A DNA stretch of 40,421 bases from a bacterium (lineage in GTDB: Bacteria; Patescibacteriota; Minisyncoccia; UBA6257; GWB1-50-10). Shown piece after piece: positions 9,033 through 13,063 of the stretch (positions are counted from its first letter, which is position 1; the number at the start of each line of letters is the position of its first letter). Where the stretch lies: the NCBI GenBank assembly GCA_021814545.1, contig JAKAID010000003.1:1-40421 (forward strand), in the 5' to 3' direction. The notes beneath the pieces are model-generated. The model saw nothing but the letters and a program-made list of their open reading frames with translations, was not told the origin of the DNA and did no database searches. Both the position numbers and the translations under genes were made by a program.

Positions 9033-9434
9033 TTACTCCTCTGTAGTTTTGCCATCAAACTCGTCGCCCGTATCCGCCATCGCTTCCGCCTTCGTCGCGT
9101 GCACCTTCCCGTCGATGTGTTCTGGAGGAGAATATACCGTGTAGAGCTTCATCGCGCGCGTCGCTGAACCGTTCACGACATTGTGCTTCGTTCCTGCGGG
9201 CACCACGATGGCCGAACCATCCCGAATTGGCGTGCTCACGCCATTTAATATCGCGAAGCCTTCGCCCTCTTCGATGCGTAAAAATTGGTCAAGGTGGTGG
9301 ACCTCCTCGCCTATCTCCTCTTTTGGTTTTAACGCCATCAGCACAAGCTGGCTGTTCTTCGCCGTGTAGAGCACCTTCCTAAAATACTCGTTCTCCCGCG
9401 CCATCTTCTCAATATCAGCGATAAATCCTTTCAT
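9033..9434 (-). CDS. Cupin-domain protein
   Basis: GEEVHHLDQFLRIEEGEG ... VPAGTKHNVVN matches the two cupin motifs. Length is 133 aa. Confidence 0.85.
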   Translation of the reverse strand: MKGFIADIEKMARENEYFRKVLYTAKNSQLVLMALKPKEEIGEEVHHLDQFLRIEEGEGFAILNGVSTPIRDGSAIVVPAGTKHNVVNGSATRAMKLYTVYSPPEHIDGKVHATKAEAMADTGDEFDGKTTEE

Positions 9435-9540
9435 ATTATCGACAATTTATTTTAGTGTTTTTTTCTCTCTTCTACGGAAAAAACTACCGCGAGTTTTATG
9501 AGACTTTTCAGCATTACCTCAATTTATATTCTAACATATC

Positions 9541-9566
9541 AAAAACGCGCAGCTTTGCTGCGCGTT
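9541..9566 (-). terminator. Rho-independent terminator closing the tRNA-Ala locus
   Basis: AACGCGCAGC (9544-9553) pairs with GCTGCGCGTT (9557-9566). A T5 run follows on the minus strand. Confidence 0.7.
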
Positions 9567-9570
9567 ATCG

Positions 9571-9740
9571 TTTGTGGACCTGGCGAGAAGCGAACGTCGC
9601 TCGTCCGCAACGAACTCGCTCCCACGAACCCGGCGGTTCGTGTGCTCCGCCACGGGGAAACTCCCGTTTCCCCGACCCCCTTCCCGTTCGATTCTCTCTT
9701 GCCTCAAAACAGCAACCCGCCATTTGGCGGGGTTGTTTTG
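9571..9740 (-). repeat. tRNA 3'-flank element, copy E1 (downstream of tRNA-Ala)
   Basis: On the minus strand, in order, the element contains:
- a terminator-like hairpin (9714-9734);
- an inverted copy of the tRNA-Ala T-arm (plus-strand GTTCGATTCTC, 9686-9696);
- the motif AAGGGGGTC;
- hairpin GGGGAAAC/GTTTCCCC (9654-9673);
- hairpin CACGAACC/GGTTCGTG (9623-9642);
- the motif GGACGAGCGAC;
- a direct copy of the tRNA 3' end plus flank (9571-9595, matching 9737-9761 at 24 of 25 nt). Confidence 0.8.
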
Positions 9741-9811
9741 TGGACCTGGCGAGAATCGAACTCGCGACTCGGCAATGCGAATGCCGCGTAATACCACTTT
9801 ACTACAGGCCC
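9741..9811 (-). tRNA. tRNA-Ala (anticodon CGC), no encoded CCA
   Basis: Manual cloverleaf: GGGCCTG TA GTAA AGTGGTA TTAC G CGGCA TTCGCAT TGCCG AGTC GCGAG TTCGATT CTCGC CAGGTCC A. The G3:U70 Ala identity pair is present. Confidence 0.92.
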
Positions 9812-9881
9812 GAGCGAAGGAGCGAAATGGGCAGAACGCACATTTCGTCCGAGCGAGGGGCTGTACGATAGTACAGGCCCG
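9812..9881 (-). repeat. tRNA 5'-flank element (upstream of tRNA-Ala)
   Basis: It is bounded by a 10-nt duplication of the tRNA 5' end (plus-strand TACAGGCCCG at 9803-9812 and 9872-9881). Between the copies are two hairpins and the motif TCGCTCGGAC...CATTTCGCTCCTTCGCTCGGG (tRNA strand), which is shared with the tRNA-Pro 5' element. Confidence 0.75.
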
Positions 9882-9887
9882 GCTCTG

Positions 9888-10574
9888 CTACAATACCCTC
9901 ACCATTGTAGCGATTTTTTTTGATTTTACAATGTGCGTCTCCTCCCCCGCCTCGAGCTCAATGTATTCGCTCTGATTGTCCGCATAGACGACCGCGGGAC
10001 CGCGCACCACGTGGAGCGTTATCTTTCGTTCGTCGGTAAGCACCATGTGGTCGAGCTGCTCAGTCGAGTTGTTGAAGGCGAGCCCGATACCCACCTCAAA
10101 AAAGCTGTCCGCGATGGAGCGGTAGTAGCCGGTCGAGCCGAGCGGCGTTGCCGCGACGATGCCGTCGCCGATTATCTCGCCCGCGCCCTGTCGCACTCCA
10201 TCAATCGAGAGCGTGTAGCGCATCGCGTGGCGCGGGTCCTTATTGTGCACCACGATGTCGTTCACTCCGTAGAGCGTCTTCCCCTTCGCGCGACATTCAA
10301 GCTTCTCTATCTCGATTTTCTTAAATTTTTTTTCTCTGAGGCGCGCTATCACCACCTCATTCGAGAGGGGTGGGCAGAGCTTGCACACGCGGCTGTCGCG
10401 GAGCATAAGCTTCGGAATCCCTGGGTGGGCATGTTCGGCATGGAGAAAGGTTCCATCGCCGCCATAACACACCACAAGGTCGGGGTCTTTTTCGACGAGT
10501 GTGAGGCCTGCGTTGTGGAGCAGCGCATACGCTTCGTGCTTGTTATTCCCGAATATGAGCGCTTTTTTGAACAT
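9888..10574 (-). CDS. nadK: NAD+ kinase
   Basis: The GGDGTFL motif and NDIVVHN are present. The start is set at the ATG at 10574 (MFKKALIFGNN), which is preceded by TATACT at 10592-10587. The ORF-track TTG start at 10628 would run into the tRNA-Pro flank element. Confidence 0.85.
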   Translation of the reverse strand: MFKKALIFGNNKHEAYALLHNAGLTLVEKDPDLVVCYGGDGTFLHAEHAHPGIPKLMLRDSRVCKLCPPLSNEVVIARLREKKFKKIEIEKLECRAKGKTLYGVNDIVVHNKDPRHAMRYTLSIDGVRQGAGEIIGDGIVAATPLGSTGYYRSIADSFFEVGIGLAFNNSTEQLDHMVLTDERKITLHVVRGPAVVYADNQSEYIELEAGEETHIVKSKKIATMVRVL

Positions 10575-10586
10575 ATGTTCGATATA

Positions 10587-10592
10587 AGTATA
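10587..10592 (-). promoter_or_regulatory. -10-like TATACT 12 nt upstream of the ATG at 10574
   Basis: The minus strand reads GTCTATACTTATATCGAACAT-ATG. Confidence 0.3.
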
Positions 10593-10629
10593 GACGCTCG
10601 AAGCGGGAAAATCTTGCACACGCTCCAAG

Positions 10630-10822
10630 ACGCAGCTCGGTCACCGCAAAAGACCCCCTTCCTGTTCAATTCCCACAACGAGTCGGGGCAGAGTTCTGCT
10701 GAACTCTGCACTCCGTCGCTCCCGTTCCTCCGCTGCACGGGAATTGAACAGTACTCTGTTCAATTCCCACAACGACATGGATACACAAAGACCTCCGCCA
10801 AGCGGAGGTCTTTGTGTATTTG
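10630..10822 (-). repeat. tRNA 3'-flank element, copy E4 (downstream of tRNA-Pro; compound)
   Basis: The element contains:
- a 16-bp hairpin (10783-10798 pairing with 10802-10817);
- a 13-bp palindrome GGGAATTGAACAG-TACT-CTGTTCAATTCCC (10739-10768);
- an exact 20-nt direct repeat CTGTTCAATTCCCACAACGA (10662-10681 and 10756-10775) that mimics the tRNA-Pro T-arm in inverted orientation;
- a hairpin at 10688-10709;
- GGGAATTGAACAGGAAGGGGGTC and GTGACCGAGCTG (tRNA strand), shared with the other copies. Confidence 0.75.
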
Positions 10823-10893
10823 TCGGGCTGCTGGGAATTGAACCCAGTCTACACGCACCCGAAGCGTGCGTACTACCGGTATACTACAGCCCG
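10823..10893 (-). tRNA. tRNA-Pro (anticodon CGG), no encoded CCA
   Basis: Manual cloverleaf: CGGGCTG TA GTAT ACCGGTA GTAC G CACGC TTCGGGT GCGTG TAGA CTGGG TTCAATT CCCAG CAGCCCG A. C1:G72 and G37 are typical of bacterial tRNA-Pro. Confidence 0.9.
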
Positions 10894-10972
10894 AGCGAAG
10901 GAGCAAAATGAATGCGTTTCGTATTCATTTTGTCCGAGCGATGGGATGCAAACGTCTGCGTTTACAGCCCGA
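10894..10972 (-). repeat. tRNA 5'-flank element (upstream of tRNA-Pro)
   Basis: It is bounded by a 10-nt duplication of the tRNA 5' end (plus-strand TACAGCCCGA at 10885-10894 and 10963-10972). It shares TCGCTCGGAC-AAAATG...CATTTTGCTCCTTCGCT with the tRNA-Ala 5' element, with a compensatory change in the hairpin. Confidence 0.75.
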
Positions 10973-11005
10973 ATGCTTTTGTCCGAATGTCCGGGTCGGC
11001 CCGAA

Positions 11006-12508
11006 CTATTTCACATAGTACTTCTTCTTCATCTCTTCTTCAACCCCCGACTCGAATTCTTCCTTTTGCTCCTTTGCATGAAGCGCTTTCGTTTCAAGCT
11101 CCGCGTCGTCGAGGAGATTCAACTCTTTCGCGCGGTTACCGAGATATTCTGCCTCGTTCTTTGCGGGGTCGACGAGCACGTCGTCCAACAGCACTGCGAG
11201 AATGTTCCCTACCCGCTTGCTCGGCTTGATGTTGAGGAGCTTCATTAACTCATTGCCGTCGAGCTTCAACATTTTGGGGCTAATAGGGTCGTTCTTCACC
11301 TTCTCAATCATGAAAAGGAGATGGCGAAGTTTGTAGGGAAAGGCCTTAGGCACGCCCGAACCGATGCGGTCTGCTTCGCGCACTTGCAGCAGGTCATCCA
11401 CGTTCTCGGGACCCACGCGGCTCAAGAAGCGGCGCACCCCCGACTCCGTCACCTCGCCCACGTTGTAATAGAAAAGGTGACAGCGCACGAGATGCGTCAC
11501 GCGCTCCGCGATGTCGCGCGGGAACTTTAACCGATCCATGATCTTCAGCGTCATCTTTGCGCCCACCACCTCGTGGTTGTAGAACGTAGAATCGGGGCCC
11601 TCCCCTCCTTTCGTGCGCGGCTTCCCCACGTCGTGCAAGAGTGAGGCGAGGCGCACCACGAGCGAGTACTCTTTCTCCACTGTGTAGTTCAAGGCGCGTA
11701 CGTTGTGGTCGAACACCGAATAGATGTGGTGCTTGTTCTGCCCCACCCCAAGCCCTTCGCGCAGTTCGGGCATTACGTATTTCAAAAGACCCAAGTCCTC
11801 CATTTCGATAATGCCTGCGGCGGCGCGCGGCGTCATCACGAGTTTTATGAACTCATCGCGGATGCGCTCTTTTGCAATAGCCTCGAGAAGCCCCGCGCTC
11901 GCCTTTATTGCCTCGCGCGTCTCGTGTTCGACTGCAAACTCGAGCTGTGCGGCGAACCGCACCGCGCGCATGAGACGCAGCGCGTCTTCCTCGAATCGTT
12001 CGCGTGCGTTACCTACCGTGCGAAGTATCTTTTTCTCGAGGTCTTCCATGCCGTTGTGGGGGTCTACGAGGTGCGACTTCGTAAGCCGTGCACTCGATAA
12101 ATTGAACGCCATCGCGTTCACGGTAAAGTCGCGGCGCGAGAGGTCGTCTTCTATCGTCTTTGCGAACTGCACCTCATCCGGATGGCGCTTGTCGGAGTAG
12201 GCACTCTCCGTGCGAAAGGTGGTTACCTCCACAATCTTTAACGTCTCATCTTCCGCCGTGGTTTTTATCGCTACCGTGCCGAACGTATTCTCGTATACCG
12301 TTGCGGGGTCCTCTCTCGTGCGCCCGCCGAAGTTATAAAAAAGCTCCTGCACCTTGTCAGGCGTTGCGTTCGTCGCGATATCCCAATCTTTCGGCGTAAC
12401 GCCGAGGAGCATATCGCGCAGGCAGCCGCCCACGAGATACGTCTCAAAACCCGCGTCAGAAAGTATGCGCGCGATAGATTCGACTTCCGAAGGAATCTTC
12501 GTCTTCAT
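11006..12508 (-). CDS. cca: CCA-adding tRNA nucleotidyltransferase with HD domain
   Basis: The motifs GGCLRDMLLG, DWDIAT and an HD-type LHDVGKP are present. Length is 500 aa. Confidence 0.9.
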   Translation of the reverse strand: MKTKIPSEVESIARILSDAGFETYLVGGCLRDMLLGVTPKDWDIATNATPDKVQELFYNFGGRTREDPATVYENTFGTVAIKTTAEDETLKIVEVTTFRTESAYSDKRHPDEVQFAKTIEDDLSRRDFTVNAMAFNLSSARLTKSHLVDPHNGMEDLEKKILRTVGNARERFEEDALRLMRAVRFAAQLEFAVEHETREAIKASAGLLEAIAKERIRDEFIKLVMTPRAAAGIIEMEDLGLLKYVMPELREGLGVGQNKHHIYSVFDHNVRALNYTVEKEYSLVVRLASLLHDVGKPRTKGGEGPDSTFYNHEVVGAKMTLKIMDRLKFPRDIAERVTHLVRCHLFYYNVGEVTESGVRRFLSRVGPENVDDLLQVREADRIGSGVPKAFPYKLRHLLFMIEKVKNDPISPKMLKLDGNELMKLLNIKPSKRVGNILAVLLDDVLVDPAKNEAEYLGNRAKELNLLDDAELETKALHAKEQKEEFESGVEEEMKKKYYVK

Positions 12509-12515
12509 TAGGGTA

Positions 12516-12521
12516 ATTATA
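12516..12521 (-). promoter_or_regulatory. -10 box TATAAT 7 nt upstream of the cca ATG (12508)
   Basis: The minus strand reads CAGTTATAATTACCCTA-ATG. There is no Shine-Dalgarno sequence. Confidence 0.4.
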
Positions 12522-12528
12522 ACTGAAT

Positions 12529-12676
12529 TGTGCCCCCGGAGGGATTTGCCCCGCGCCTCTCGGTCGCGTCGTCACGCTCCCTCGGGCTGGGCATCGCCTC
12601 GCGTCCCTCGGTACTCCTCGGGACATGCTCCGGCGGTTCAAATCCTCACGCGAAACGCTCAAGCGTTTCGCTCGTG
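12529..12676 (-). repeat. tRNA 3'-flank element, copy E3 (downstream of tRNA-Arg)
   Basis: The element contains:
- a hairpin GCGAAACGC/GCGTTTCGC (12650-12671);
- an inverted copy of the tRNA-Arg T-arm (plus-strand GGTTCAAATCCTC, 12635-12647);
- the motif GCGACCGAGAGG;
- an exact 20-nt direct copy of the tRNA 3' end plus flank (12529-12548, identical to 12675-12694). Confidence 0.8.
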
Positions 12677-12748
12677 TGCCCCCGGAGGGATTTGAACCCC
12701 CAATAACAGGTTCGAAGCCTGTCGTGATATCCGTTTCACTACAGGGGC
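12677..12748 (-). tRNA. tRNA-Arg (anticodon TCG), no encoded CCA
   Basis: Manual cloverleaf: GCCCCTG TA GTGA AACGGATA TCAC G ACAGG CTTCGAA CCTGT TATTG GGGGG TTCAAAT CCCTC CGGGGGC A. Confidence 0.9.
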
Positions 12749-12771
12749 GCACCTCCATTCAAACACACGCA

Positions 12772-12799
12772 TTGCCAATATGCAAAAAATTGGTATACT
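12772..12799 (+). promoter_or_regulatory. Sigma70-like promoter for tRNA-Lys: TTGCCA, 16-nt spacer, TATACT
   Basis: The -35 is at 12772-12777 and the -10 at 12794-12799. The tRNA starts at 12817. Confidence 0.5.
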
Positions 12800-12816
12800 A
12801 ATGTTCGTTATTCGAG

Positions 12817-12888
12817 GCCCCTATAGCTCAACGGTAGAGCAGCTGCCTCTTAAGCAGTTGGTTCTAGGTTCAAATCCTAGTGGGGGCA
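12817..12888 (+). tRNA. tRNA-Lys (anticodon CTT), no encoded CCA
   Basis: Manual cloverleaf: GCCCCTA TA GCTC AACGGTA GAGC A GCTGC CTCTTAA GCAGT TGGTT CTAGG TTCAAAT CCTAG TGGGGGC A. Confidence 0.92.
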
Positions 12889-12915
12889 CAAGTGAGTGAA
12901 ATAAAGCACTGACCC

Positions 12916-12949
12916 AATAAACATTGTGACGGCCGTCACAATGTTTATT
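12916..12949. repeat. Perfect 34-nt palindrome containing TGTGA-N6-TCACA
   Basis: AATAAACATTGTGACGG|CCGTCACAATGTTTATT has 17-nt arms and no loop. It abuts TATAAT at 12949-12954. Confidence 0.9.
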
Positions 12950-13048
12950 ATAATCCCATGCGGCAACAGATTGCCTCGCCGCGAGGCATGAGTGAATTCA
13001 GTGGTTTTATTCCCCGCGAGCATAGTTTAAAATTTGGTAAAAAAGTAG

Positions 13049-13054
13049 TATACT
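13049..13054 (+). promoter_or_regulatory. -10-like TATACT 9 nt upstream of the recG ATG (13064)
   Basis: The sequence reads GTAGTATACTATTGCCGCA-ATG. TTTAAA lies 17 nt upstream as a weak -35. Confidence 0.35.
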
Positions 13055-13063
13055 ATTGCCGCA

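Noticed and set aside
9571-9740. Interpreting the tRNA-flank elements as additional tRNA genes or simple tRNA pseudogenes.
   Set aside because: The T-arm-like pieces do not form a T-stem. There is no matching 5' acceptor strand, D-arm or anticodon arm. Only the terminal 11-25 nt resemble the cognate tRNA.
9827-9871. Mini-ORFs with Shine-Dalgarno-like AAGGAGC on the plus strand inside the tRNA 5'-flank modules (9827..9871, and 10908..11018 at the Pro locus).
   Set aside because: The two copies conserve nucleotides but would be read in different frames, giving unrelated peptides (MGRTHISSERGAVR versus MNAFRIHFVRAMGC...). Conservation is therefore not at the protein level.
10575-10628. The ORF-track TTG start (10628) for NAD kinase.
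   Set aside because: The extension adds 18 non-conserved residues and abuts the tRNA-Pro flank element. The ATG at 10574 gives the usual MFKK...IFGN start and has a TATACT 12 nt upstream.
10662-10775. The possibility that the exact 20-nt direct repeats are a mini CRISPR array.
   Set aside because: There are only two copies. They derive from the tRNA-Pro T-arm, one is part of a 13-bp palindrome, and there are no cas genes or regular spacer structure.
12958-13063. A small ORF starting 3 nt after the TATAAT at 12949-12954 (MRQQIASPRGMSEF...).
   Set aside because: It has no Shine-Dalgarno sequence, and the ATG is too close to the -10 to lie on the transcript. It runs out of frame into recG and has no recognisable features.
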